A stretch of DNA of 64,000 nt from a phage. The stretch lies in sequence record OZ335963.1; one strand, given 5' to 3'. The notes under the pieces were generated by a model. That model was not told where the DNA came from, did not search any database, and saw only the letters and a list, made by a program, of their open reading frames with translations. Shown piece after piece: positions 55,333 through 64,000 of the stretch (position 1 is its first letter; the number at the start of each line of letters is the position of its first letter). The translations under genes and the position numbers were made by a program.

Positions 55333-56250
55333 TCAAAATTCATTAATGCTATTAGTTAATTTAGAAAGACCAGCTTTTACAAAATATGAATAAATTTTGC
55401 CACGCGGTGGTAATTTATATGAATTATAGTAATTCACAATGTTTGAAGCAATATTATCAGGAATATAATCAAAATCAATTAGAACTAAATTTTCTTTATA
55501 TCGATTATATTCAGATTCAGTGAGAAGCACCTTAGCTTGCTCACGGTCATTAGCAATAGCTTCAACAATAGAGGTTTTCATTGAAGGAGTTCGTTCACCT
55601 TCAACTCTGGTAAACCAAAAGTCAGATCGTACTTTAACTGAAGCAACGTTATCCTTTTTGTCGCCTTTAAGGATTTTAGTCATACAGTCAATTTCAGCAG
55701 AACCGCTTTTAATTTTAACCCATTTCTTGTGCATCGGTGACCATTGCTTAACATTTGGGTATTTGTGAAGTTGAGTAAAGTCACCATCCGACGAAATGAT
55801 TAAAATCTTATGTCCTTCTAAAGAGAACTTTTTAACAAGAACAGCAATATGGTCATCTGCTTCATACTTATCAATATCCATAACAATGTATGGCATATAA
55901 GCTTTCAATTCATCTATAACTTTATGACTGGATTCAAAATAACCTTCCCAGTCCCAAGTAGATTCTTCTCGTGCTTTTCCACGGTTTTTCTTATAATAAT
56001 AAGCAAAATCACGACGCCAATATCCGGATTTTGCGTTATCGATACACAGTACAATTTTAGTGTATCCAAGAGTTTTTGCTTTTTTGACATTAAACTTAAT
56101 TGAGTTCAATATCAAATGACGAACCATTGATAAGTTAATTTTTTCTTTATCTGGGAAGTTTACTAGAGCAGTCGAAAGTGCAATTTGACTAAAGTCAATT
56201 AAGCAAATTCCTTCTTTGTAATCTTCATCCAGCATCATTTCTAAATCCAT
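55333..56250 (-). CDS. rnh: RNase H (5'-3' exonuclease)
   Basis: 305 aa from ATG 56250 (MDLEMMLDEDYKEG...); ORF track opens at TTG. Confidence 0.93.
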   Translation of the reverse strand: MDLEMMLDEDYKEGICLIDFSQIALSTALVNFPDKEKINLSMVRHLILNSIKFNVKKAKTLGYTKIVLCIDNAKSGYWRRDFAYYYKKNRGKAREESTWDWEGYFESSHKVIDELKAYMPYIVMDIDKYEADDHIAVLVKKFSLEGHKILIISSDGDFTQLHKYPNVKQWSPMHKKWVKIKSGSAEIDCMTKILKGDKKDNVASVKVRSDFWFTRVEGERTPSMKTSIVEAIANDREQAKVLLTESEYNRYKENLVLIDFDYIPDNIASNIVNYYNSYKLPPRGKIYSYFVKAGLSKLTNSINEF

Positions 56251-56312
56251 ATGAACCTCGTTCAATTAGTGAGATTTCTATTATATACTATCCAAATCTT
56301 AAAGTAAACAAG

Positions 56313-56320
56313 TATAAATA
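56313..56320 (+). promoter_or_regulatory. Late promoter TATAAATA (gene 34); rnh/34 junction, candidate ori(34) neighbourhood
   Basis: Exact TATAAATA 34 nt upstream of gene 34 ATG. Confidence 0.65.
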
Positions 56321-56354
56321 CTTATTATTGAAAACACAATAGGAGCCCGGGAGA

Positions 56355-59300
56355 ATGGCCGAGATTAAAAGAAAGTTCAGAGCAGAAGACGGTCTGGACG
56401 CAGGTGGCGATAAAATAATCAATGTAGCTTTAGCTGATCGTACCGTAGGAACTGACGGTGTTAACGTTGATTACTTAATTCAAGAAAACACAGTTCAACA
56501 ATATGATCCAACTCGTGGATATTTAAAAGATTTTGTAATCATTTATAATAATCGTTTTTGGGCAGCAACGGATAATATTCCAAAACCTGCTGGAAGTTTT
56601 AATAGAATTCGTTGGAAAGCATTACGTACTGATGCCGTATATACAACCGTATCATCTGGACCGTATCAATTAAAGTCCGGAGAAGCAATTTCAGTAGATA
56701 CATCAGTTGGTAATGACATTGAGTTTACTTTACCACCTTCTCCGCTCGATGGAGAAACAGTAATAATTCAAGATATCGGTGGAAAACCTGGTATAAATCA
56801 GGTTAAAATAAGTTCTTCAAATCAGAGCATTGTTAATTTTAGAGGTGAACAAGTACGTTCAGTTTTAATGACTCATCCAAAGTCACAGATGATATTCATT
56901 TTTAATAATCGTTTGTGGCAAATGTATGTTGCTGATTATAGCAGAGAAGCTGCAATTGTTACTCCATCGACTGCGTATCAAGCGCAATCTAATGATTTTA
57001 TCGTGCGTAGATTTACTTCCGCAGCGCCGATTAATATTAAACTTCCGAAATTTGCTAATCATGGCGATATTATTAATTTCGTTGATTTAGATAAATTAAA
57101 TCCTCTTTATCATACAATTGTCACGACATATGATGAAACAACTTCAGTACAAGAAGTTGGAACTCATTCCATTGAAGGCCGTACATCGATTGACGGTTTC
57201 TTGATGTTTGATGATAATGAAAAATTATGGAGATTGTTTGACGGGGATAGTAAAGCGCGTTTACGTATCATAACGACTAATTCTAATATTCGTCCAAATG
57301 AAGAAGTTATGGTATTTGGTGCGAATAACGGAACAGCCCAAACAATTGAACTTCAACTTCCAACCGATATTTCCATTGGTGATACTGTTAAAATTTCCAT
57401 GAATTACATGAGAAAAGGACAAACAGTTAAAATCAAAGCTGCCGGTGAAGATAAAATTGCTTCTTCAGTTCAATTGCTGCAATTCCCAAAACGCTCAGAA
57501 TATCCACCTGAAGCTGAATGGGTGACTGTTCAAGAATTAGTTTTTAATGGTGAAACTAATTATGTTCCAGTTTTACAGCTTGCTTATATTGAAGATTCTG
57601 ACGGAAAATACTGGGTAGTACAACAAAACGTTCCAACAGTTGAAAGAGTTGATTCTTTAAATAATTCTACTAGAGCAAGATTAGGCGTAATTGCTTTAGC
57701 TACACAAGCCCAAGCTAACGTCGATTTAGAAAATTCTCCACAAAAAGAATTAGCAATTACTCCAGAAACATTAGCTAACCGTACTGCTACAGAAACTCGT
57801 AGAGGTATCGCAAGAATAGCAACTACTGCTCAAGTAAATCAGAACACTACATTCTCTTTTGCTGATGACCTTATCATCACTCCTAAAAAGCTGAATGAAA
57901 GAACTGCTACAGAAACTCGTAGAGGTGTTGCTGAAATTGCTACGCAGCAGGAAACTAATACAGGTACTGATGATACTACAATCATCACTCCTAAAAAGCT
58001 TCAAGCTCGTCAAGGTTCTGAAACATTATCGGGTATTGTAACTTTTGTATCTACCGCAGGAGCTACTCCAGCCTCTAGTCGTGAATTAAATGGTACAAAT
58101 GTTTATAATAAAAATACTAATAATTTAGTTGTTTCGCCTAAAGCTTTGGATCAGTATAAAGCTACTCCAACACAACAAGGCGCAGTAATTTTAGCAGTTG
58201 AAAGTGAAGTAATTGCTGGACAGAGTCAAGAAGGATGGGCAAATGCGGTTGTAACGCCAGAAACGTTACATAAAAAAACATCAACTGATGGAAGAATTGG
58301 TTTAATTGAAATTGCTACGCAAAGCGAAGTTAATACAGGAACTGATTATACTCGCGCAGTCACTCCTAAAACTTTAAATGACCGTAGAGCAACTGAAAGT
58401 TTAAGTGGTATAGCTGAAATTGCTACACAAGTTGAATTCGACGCAGGCGTCGACGATACTCGTATCTCTACACCATTAAAAATTAAAACTAGATTTGATA
58501 GTACTGATCGTACTTCTGTTGTTGCTCTATCTGGATTAGTTGAATCAGGAACTCTCTGGGACCATTATACCCTTAATATTCTTGAAGCAAATGAGACACA
58601 ACGTGGTACACTTCGTGTGGCTACACAAGTTGAAGCTGCTGCAGGAACATTAGATAATGTTTTGATAACTCCTAAAAAGCTTTTAGGTACTAAATCTACT
58701 GAAGCGCAAGAAGGCGTTATTAAAGTTGCAACTCAAGTTGAAACTGTTACTGGAACGTCAGCAAATACTGCTGTATCTCCAAAAAATTTAAAATGGATTG
58801 TGCAGAGTGAACCTACTTGGGCAGCAACTACTTTGGTAAGAGGTTTTGTTAAAACTTCATCTGGTTCAATTACATTCGTTGGTAATGATACAGTTGGTTC
58901 AACACAGTCATTAGACTTGTACGAGAAAAATAGCTATGCAGTATCGCCATATGAATTAAACCGTGTATTAGCAAATTATTTGCCGTTAAAAGCAAAAGCT
59001 GTAGATAGTAATTTATTGGATGGTCTAGATTCATCTCAGTTCATTCGTAGGGATATTGCGCAGACGGTTAATGGTTCACTAACCTTAACACAACAAACGA
59101 ATCTGAGTGCCCCTCTTGTATCATCTAGTACTGCTACGTTTGGTGGATCAGTTTCGGCAAATAGTACATTAACTATTTCTAATACTGGAACGGCAACTCG
59201 TCTGATTTTTGAGAAAGGACCTCAAACTGGAACGAACCCAGCGCAGACGATGACAGTCAGAGTGTGGGGAAATCAATTCAGCGGTGAATCGGACACAACA

Positions 59301-60224
59301 CGTTCTACTGTATTTGAAGTTAGTGATGAAACTTCTAGTCATTTTTATTCTCAGCGTAATAAAGCTGGTAATATAACATTTAATATCAATGGTACAGTAA
59401 CGCCGATAAATGTTAATGCTTCAGGAACATTGAATGCGAATGGCGTAGCAACATTCGGCAGTTCGGTTACTGCTAATGGCGAATTTATCAGTAAATCATC
59501 GAATGCTTTTAGAGCAATAAACGGTGATTATGGATTCTTTATTCGTAATGATGGTGCTAACACCTATTTTATGCTTACTGCATCTGGTGATCAGACCGGT
59601 GGATTTAATGGATTACGTCCTTTAACTATTAATAATGCATCTGGTCAAGTAACGATTGGTGAAAGCTTGATCATTGCTAAAGGTGCTACTATAAATTCAG
59701 GTGGTTTAACTGTTAACTCGAGAATTCGTTCTCAGGGTACTAAAACCTCTGATTTATATACCCGTGCGCCAACATCTGATACTGTAGGATTCTGGTCAAT
59801 CGATATTAATGATTCAGCCACTTATAACCAGTTCCCGGGTTATTTTAAGATGGTTGAAAAAACTAATGAAGTGACTGGGCTTCCATACTTAGAACGTGGT
59901 GAAGAAGTTAAATCTCCTGGTACATTGACCCAGTTTGGTAACACACTTGATTCGCTTTACCAAGATTGGATTACTTATCCAACGACTCCAGAAGCACGTA
60001 CCACTCGCTGGACACGTACATGGCAGAAAACCAAAAACTCTTGGTCAAGTTTTGTTCAGGTATTTGACGGAGGTAACCCTCCTCAACCTTCAGATATAGG
60101 AGCGATCCCATCTGATAACGGAATAATAGGTAATCTTACTATTCGCGATTTCTTACGAATTGGTAATGTTCGCATTATTCCTGACCCAGTGAATAAAACT
60201 GTTAAATTTGAGTGGATTGAATAA
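56355..60224 (+). CDS. 34: Long tail fiber proximal subunit
   Basis: 1289-aa ORF, T4 gp34 length; internal ~40-aa repeats; late promoter upstream. Confidence 0.97.
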   Translation: MAEIKRKFRAEDGLDAGGDKIINVALADRTVGTDGVNVDYLIQENTVQQYDPTRGYLKDFVIIYNNRFWAATDNIPKPAGSFNRIRWKALRTDAVYTTVSSGPYQLKSGEAISVDTSVGNDIEFTLPPSPLDGETVIIQDIGGKPGINQVKISSSNQSIVNFRGEQVRSVLMTHPKSQMIFIFNNRLWQMYVADYSREAAIVTPSTAYQAQSNDFIVRRFTSAAPINIKLPKFANHGDIINFVDLDKLNPLYHTIVTTYDETTSVQEVGTHSIEGRTSIDGFLMFDDNEKLWRLFDGDSKARLRIITTNSNIRPNEEVMVFGANNGTAQTIELQLPTDISIGDTVKISMNYMRKGQTVKIKAAGEDKIASSVQLLQFPKRSEYPPEAEWVTVQELVFNGETNYVPVLQLAYIEDSDGKYWVVQQNVPTVERVDSLNNSTRARLGVIALATQAQANVDLENSPQKELAITPETLANRTATETRRGIARIATTAQVNQNTTFSFADDLIITPKKLNERTATETRRGVAEIATQQETNTGTDDTTIITPKKLQARQGSETLSGIVTFVSTAGATPASSRELNGTNVYNKNTNNLVVSPKALDQYKATPTQQGAVILAVESEVIAGQSQEGWANAVVTPETLHKKTSTDGRIGLIEIATQSEVNTGTDYTRAVTPKTLNDRRATESLSGIAEIATQVEFDAGVDDTRISTPLKIKTRFDSTDRTSVVALSGLVESGTLWDHYTLNILEANETQRGTLRVATQVEAAAGTLDNVLITPKKLLGTKSTEAQEGVIKVATQVETVTGTSANTAVSPKNLKWIVQSEPTWAATTLVRGFVKTSSGSITFVGNDTVGSTQSLDLYEKNSYAVSPYELNRVLANYLPLKAKAVDSNLLDGLDSSQFIRRDIAQTVNGSLTLTQQTNLSAPLVSSSTATFGGSVSANSTLTISNTGTATRLIFEKGPQTGTNPAQTMTVRVWGNQFSGESDTTRSTVFEVSDETSSHFYSQRNKAGNITFNINGTVTPINVNASGTLNANGVATFGSSVTANGEFISKSSNAFRAINGDYGFFIRNDGANTYFMLTASGDQTGGFNGLRPLTINNASGQVTIGESLIIAKGATINSGGLTVNSRIRSQGTKTSDLYTRAPTSDTVGFWSIDINDSATYNQFPGYFKMVEKTNEVTGLPYLERGEEVKSPGTLTQFGNTLDSLYQDWITYPTTPEARTTRWTRTWQKTKNSWSSFVQVFDGGNPPQPSDIGAIPSDNGIIGNLTIRDFLRIGNVRIIPDPVNKTVKFEWIE
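57740..58800 (+). repeat. Array of ~40-codon (120-nt) repeats inside gene 34
   Basis: ACTGCTACAGAAACTCGTAGAGGT identical at 57782 and 57902; ATCATCACTCCTAAAAAGCT at 57874 and 57981; protein motif TxTRRG..IAT...TPKKL recurs about 7 times. Confidence 0.8.
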
Positions 60225-60232
60225 GAGGTATT

Positions 60233-61348
60233 ATGGAAAAATTTATGGCAGAGTTTGGACAAGGATATGTCCAAACGCCATTTTTATCGGAAAGTAATTC
60301 AGTAAGATACAAAATAAGTATAGCGGGTTCTTGCCCGCTTTCCACAGCAGGACCGTATGTTAAATTTCAAGATAACCCAGTTGGAAATCAAACATTTAGT
60401 GCAGGTCTTCATTTAAGAGTTTTTGATCCTTCTACGGGAGCATTAGTTGATAGTAAGTCATATGCTTTTTCTACTTCAAATAATACTACATCAGCTGCTT
60501 TTGTTAGTTTCATGAATTCTTTGTCAAACAATAGACTTGCTGCTATATTGACTAGCGGAAAGGTTAATTTTCCTCCTGAAGTGGTATCTTGGCTAAGGAA
60601 AGCAGGAACTTCAGTTTTTCCATCAGATTCAGTATTGTCAAGATTTGACGTATCATATGCTGCTTTTTACACTTCTTCTAAAAGAGCTATTGCATTAGAA
60701 CATGTTAAACTAAGTAATAGAAAAAGCACAGATGATTATCAAACTATTTTAGATGTTGTATTTGACAGCTTAGAAGATGTTGGGGCGACAGGATTTCCTA
60801 AAAGAACATATGAAAGTGTCGAGCAATTTATGTCAGCGGTTGGTGGAACTAATAACGAAATTGCGCGATTGCCAACTTCAGCTGCTATAAGTAAACTTTC
60901 TGACTATAATTTAATTCCTGGTGATGTTCTTTATCTTAAAGCACAGTTATATGCTGATGCTGATTTACTTGATCTTGGAACTACAAATATATCCATTCGT
61001 TTTTATGATGCATCAAATGGATATATTTCTTCGACACAGGCTGAGTTTACTGGACAAGCTGGATCTTGGGAATTAAAGGAAGATTATGTAGTTGTTCCTG
61101 AAAATGCAGTCGGATTTACGATATATGCACAGAGAACTGCTCAAGCTGGTCAAGGCGGCATGAGGAATTTAAGTTTTTCTGAAGTGTCAAGAAATGGCGG
61201 CATTTCAAAACCTGCCGAATTTGGCGTCAATGGTATTCGCGTTAATTATGTCTGTGAATCGGCTTCACCTCCAGATATAATGGTACTTCCTACACAAGCA
61301 TCGTCTAAAACTGGCAAAGTATTTGGGCAAGAATTTAGAGAAGTTTAA
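60233..61348 (+). CDS. 35: Long tail fiber hinge (knee) protein
   Basis: 371-aa ORF at the T4 gp35 position. Confidence 0.9.
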   Translation: MEKFMAEFGQGYVQTPFLSESNSVRYKISIAGSCPLSTAGPYVKFQDNPVGNQTFSAGLHLRVFDPSTGALVDSKSYAFSTSNNTTSAAFVSFMNSLSNNRLAAILTSGKVNFPPEVVSWLRKAGTSVFPSDSVLSRFDVSYAAFYTSSKRAIALEHVKLSNRKSTDDYQTILDVVFDSLEDVGATGFPKRTYESVEQFMSAVGGTNNEIARLPTSAAISKLSDYNLIPGDVLYLKAQLYADADLLDLGTTNISIRFYDASNGYISSTQAEFTGQAGSWELKEDYVVVPENAVGFTIYAQRTAQAGQGGMRNLSFSEVSRNGGISKPAEFGVNGIRVNYVCESASPPDIMVLPTQASSKTGKVFGQEFREV

Positions 61349-61353
61349 ACTGA

Positions 61354-61380
61354 GGGAGCCTTCGGGTTCCCTTTTTCTTT
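61354..61380 (+). terminator. Terminator after gene 35
   Basis: GGGAGCC-TTCG-GGTTCCC then TTTTTCTTT. Confidence 0.75.
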
Positions 61381-61387
61381 ATAAATA
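61380..61387 (+). promoter_or_regulatory. Late promoter TATAAATA (gene 36)
   Basis: Exact TATAAATA after gene 35 terminator, 23 nt upstream of gene 36 ATG. Confidence 0.65.
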
Positions 61388-61410
61388 ATATTAAAATAAA
61401 GGGGCATATA

Positions 61411-62061
61411 ATGGCTGATTTAAAAGTAGGTTCAACTGTGGGTGGATCTGTCATTTGGCATCAAGGAAATTTTCCATTGAATTCAGCCGGTGACGATGTA
61501 CTCTACAAATCATTTAAAATATATTCAGAATATAATAAACCGCAGGCAGCTGATAACGATTTCGTTTCTAAAGCTAATGGTGGTACTTACACCGGTCCAG
61601 TTACTATTAATTATGGTGTAAATAGTTATCTTCAATTAAGTAATAATGAAACCCCCATTCGAATTCGTTCTGGTGGCGGTACCGGTAATACTCTTGTAGT
61701 TGGCGGCTCTTCTGGCGGTATTAGTTTTAGACCTGCAGGTAGTGAAATCACAACTGGACAAATTACTATTACGCAAGAAGGTTTGACAACATTTACTAGG
61801 GCTGTAACGGCTCCATCTGTAACTGTTACATCTACTCCTTCCGCAGCATCTGATGTTACTCGTAAAGATTATGTTGATGGAGCAATAAATACTGTTACAG
61901 CAAATGCAAACTCTAGAGTGTTACGATCTGGTGACACCATGACAGGAAATTTAACTGCGCCAAACCTTTTTTCACAGAATCCTGCATCTCAACCTTCACA
62001 CGTTCCACGATTTGACCAAATCGTAATTAAGGATTCTGTTCAAGATTTCGGCTATTATTAA
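61411..62061 (+). CDS. 36: Long tail fiber proximal-distal connector
   Basis: 216-aa ORF; late promoter and terminator upstream. Confidence 0.88.
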   Translation: MADLKVGSTVGGSVIWHQGNFPLNSAGDDVLYKSFKIYSEYNKPQAADNDFVSKANGGTYTGPVTINYGVNSYLQLSNNETPIRIRSGGGTGNTLVVGGSSGGISFRPAGSEITTGQITITQEGLTTFTRAVTAPSVTVTSTPSAASDVTRKDYVDGAINTVTANANSRVLRSGDTMTGNLTAPNLFSQNPASQPSHVPRFDQIVIKDSVQDFGYY

Positions 62062-62069
62062 GAGGACTT

Positions 62070-64000
62070 ATGGCTACTTTAAAACAAATACAATTTAAAA
62101 GAAGCAAAACTGCAGGTCAACTTCCTGCTGCTTCAGTATTAGCCGAAGGTGAATTGGCTATTAATTTAAAAGATAAAACAATTTTCACAAAAGATGACTC
62201 AGGCAATGTTATAGAATTAGGTTTAAAATATGGAGGAACAATTGATGGTTCTTTAACTGTTAATGGAAATATAATTGGAAATTTAACAGGTAACGCTGCA
62301 ACTGCAACGAAATTAAAAACAGCACGAAAAATTAATGGTATATCCTTTGATGGGTCAAAAGATATCACGCTAACTCCATCTGACATAAATGTCAATAGCA
62401 CAACGTTTATAAAAAATAACGGCGAATTACCGGTTGATGCTAATTTAGATGAGTATGGGCCTGTTGAAGAATATCTTGGAGTTTGGTCGAAAGCAACTTC
62501 AACCAACGCTCAACCAGCAAATAAATTTCCAGAAGACAATGCTGTAGGTGTGCTAGAAGTATTTGTGGCCGGTCAATTTGCTGGTACTCAGAGATATACA
62601 ACTAGATACGGAAATGTTTATATTCGTTCCTTGACTGCTACATGGAACGGAGTAAATGGTCCGTGGAGTGTGTGGCGAAATATTCAATCCGGTACTCGTC
62701 CACTGTCAACAACAATTGATCTTAATGATCTAGGAGGCGCTGAACACCTTGGTTTGTGGCGAAATAGTTCAAATTCCATTGCTACATTTGACAGAAATTT
62801 CCCAGAAGAGGGGTCGTCAGCTCAAGGTCTTTTGGAAGTATATGAAGGTGGAAACTATTCTCGTACACAAAGATATACAACCAGATTTGGTGTTGTTTAT
62901 ACTCGTTGTCTTGCTGCCGCGTGGGATTCTACTGCGCCTAAATGGGGACCGTGGCAACAAGTCGGTAATGTCACACCAGCGACTTTTTATGATGGAGATC
63001 TGAATGATTTTAAAACTCCTGGGTTATATAATATTTTAGGCACTGATGCCGTTATTAATTGTCCTACAGGCGAAGGTTTACCAGCCGTTATTGTTGGTTT
63101 GCTGGAAGTTAAACAGCGTGCTTCTGGTGGTGCTATTTTCCAAAAATTTACTACTGCCGGAACAGGTGCAACTACCCGCGATCGTATTTTTGAGCGCGCA
63201 TATACCGGCGGTGTGTGGGGTGAATGGAACGAAGTATACACATCTTATTCTCTACCAATTACTTTGGGTATGGGCGGTATTAAATCTAACTTAGCAGAGT
63301 TAGACTGGCAAGCATTTGATTTTGTTCCTGGTAGTATGTTTAGCGTTCCTTTGAACAAAATAAAGAACATGCCAGCTAATATGGATTGGGGTACGATTGA
63401 CGGAAACTTAATTATGTTTTCTGTTGGTCCTAGCGAGCACACCAGTACAGGACGTACTGTTCAAGTTTGGCGTGGAACTGTATCCCAGACAAACTATCGT
63501 TATTTTGTCGTTCGTGTATTCGGTAATCCAGGGAGTAGAACATGTACAGTTCGACGCGTTGTTCTTGAAGACGGATCACATACTTGGACTGCTAAACAAG
63601 ATTTTAATGGCGCAGTTAACTTTAACTCTACTGTTAACCTTAATAACACTACCACATTTAAAACAGAAGTTAAATTCCGCTCGTTGAATGCATTCCGTAT
63701 GTATGGCGGAAAATTTGGTACATTTTTACGTAATGATGGAGAGAGTCTTTATATTCTTTCCACCGACGAAGATGATCAAGATGGAAACTTTAATACAAAT
63801 AGACCTTTCCGTTATGAATTAAGAACTGGTGATGTTACTTTAGGTGGTACTAGTGGTGCTAACGTTTTAAAATTAAAACGTGATTCTCTCACCGCATTTT
63901 TTGGTGGTGATATTAACATGAAAGGCTTGCTGACTTTTGACGCCGGACGTTTAGGATCACGAGATTATTTTAAATTTAACCATTGGGGTGATAGTAATAA
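62070..64000 (+). CDS. 37: Long tail fiber distal subunit, 5' partial (runs off window end)
   Basis: Hand-translated frame from ATG 62070 ([13 protein letters not shown]...) read without a stop to 64000; not in ORF track because no stop in window. Confidence 0.85.
   Translation, partial: MATLKQIQFKRSKTAGQLPAASVLAEGELAINLKDKTIFTKDDSGNVIELGLKYGGTIDGSLTVNGNIIGNLTGNAATATKLKTARKINGISFDGSKDITLTPSDINVNSTTFIKNNGELPVDANLDEYGPVEEYLGVWSKATSTNAQPANKFPEDNAVGVLEVFVAGQFAGTQRYTTRYGNVYIRSLTATWNGVNGPWSVWRNIQSGTRPLSTTIDLNDLGGAEHLGLWRNSSNSIATFDRNFPEEGSSAQGLLEVYEGGNYSRTQRYTTRFGVVYTRCLAAAWDSTAPKWGPWQQVGNVTPATFYDGDLNDFKTPGLYNILGTDAVINCPTGEGLPAVIVGLLEVKQRASGGAIFQKFTTAGTGATTRDRIFERAYTGGVWGEWNEVYTSYSLPITLGMGGIKSNLAELDWQAFDFVPGSMFSVPLNKIKNMPANMDWGTIDGNLIMFSVGPSEHTSTGRTVQVWRGTVSQTNYRYFVVRVFGNPGSRTCTVRRVVLEDGSHTWTAKQDFNGAVNFNSTVNLNNTTTFKTEVKFRSLNAFRMYGGKFGTFLRNDGESLYILSTDEDDQDGNFNTNRPFRYELRTGDVTLGGTSGANVLKLKRDSLTAFFGGDINMKGLLTFDAGRLGSRDYFKFNHWGDSN
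62440..63240 (+). repeat. Three tandem ~90-aa knob-like domain repeats in gp37
   Basis: Each repeat carries DLND/NLDE...G.W...FPE...LEV...QRYTTR.G.VY.R...W; coordinates approximate. Confidence 0.7.

Overview
This window is a densely packed segment of a T4-like (Tequatrovirus-type) myovirus genome. All calls come from reading the sequence and ORF track against remembered T4 gene order and protein sequences; no database search was run. It runs from the terminase large subunit (17) through tail sheath/tube (18, 19), portal and head genes (20, 67, 68, 21, 22, 23, 24), rnlB-hoc-inh, uvsW/uvsY, baseplate hub genes (25, 26, 51, 27, 28, 29, 48, 54), the alt region, DNA ligase (30), and a minus-strand early block (30.x, rIII, 31, cd, pseT, spanins, alc, rnlA, denA, nrdB with a group I intron, nrdA, td, frd, 32, 59, 33, dsbA, rnh), ending with long tail fiber genes 34, 35, 36 and the 5' part of 37. 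Late promoters (TATAAATA), sigma70-type early promoters, a MotA-type middle promoter at uvsY, the gene 32 translational operator and many tetraloop hairpin terminators are readable. No rRNA, tRNA or CRISPR array was found. Features that differ from T4 as I remember it: an HNH endonuclease gene between 18 and 19; two full-length tandem Alt-like ADP-ribosyltransferase genes; a roughly 355-bp GC-richer non-coding island between rIII and the 30.9-like gene; an nrdB intron with a full-length I-TevIII-like ORF; an intron-less td with a 68-codon ORF coupled between frd and td; and a gp37 N-terminal half built from three tandem knob-like domains. The most system-like observation is an ADP-ribosylation neighbourhood: two Alt-type writers flanking DNA ligase on one side and a NADAR-like putative eraser plus HAD-like hydrolase on the other.
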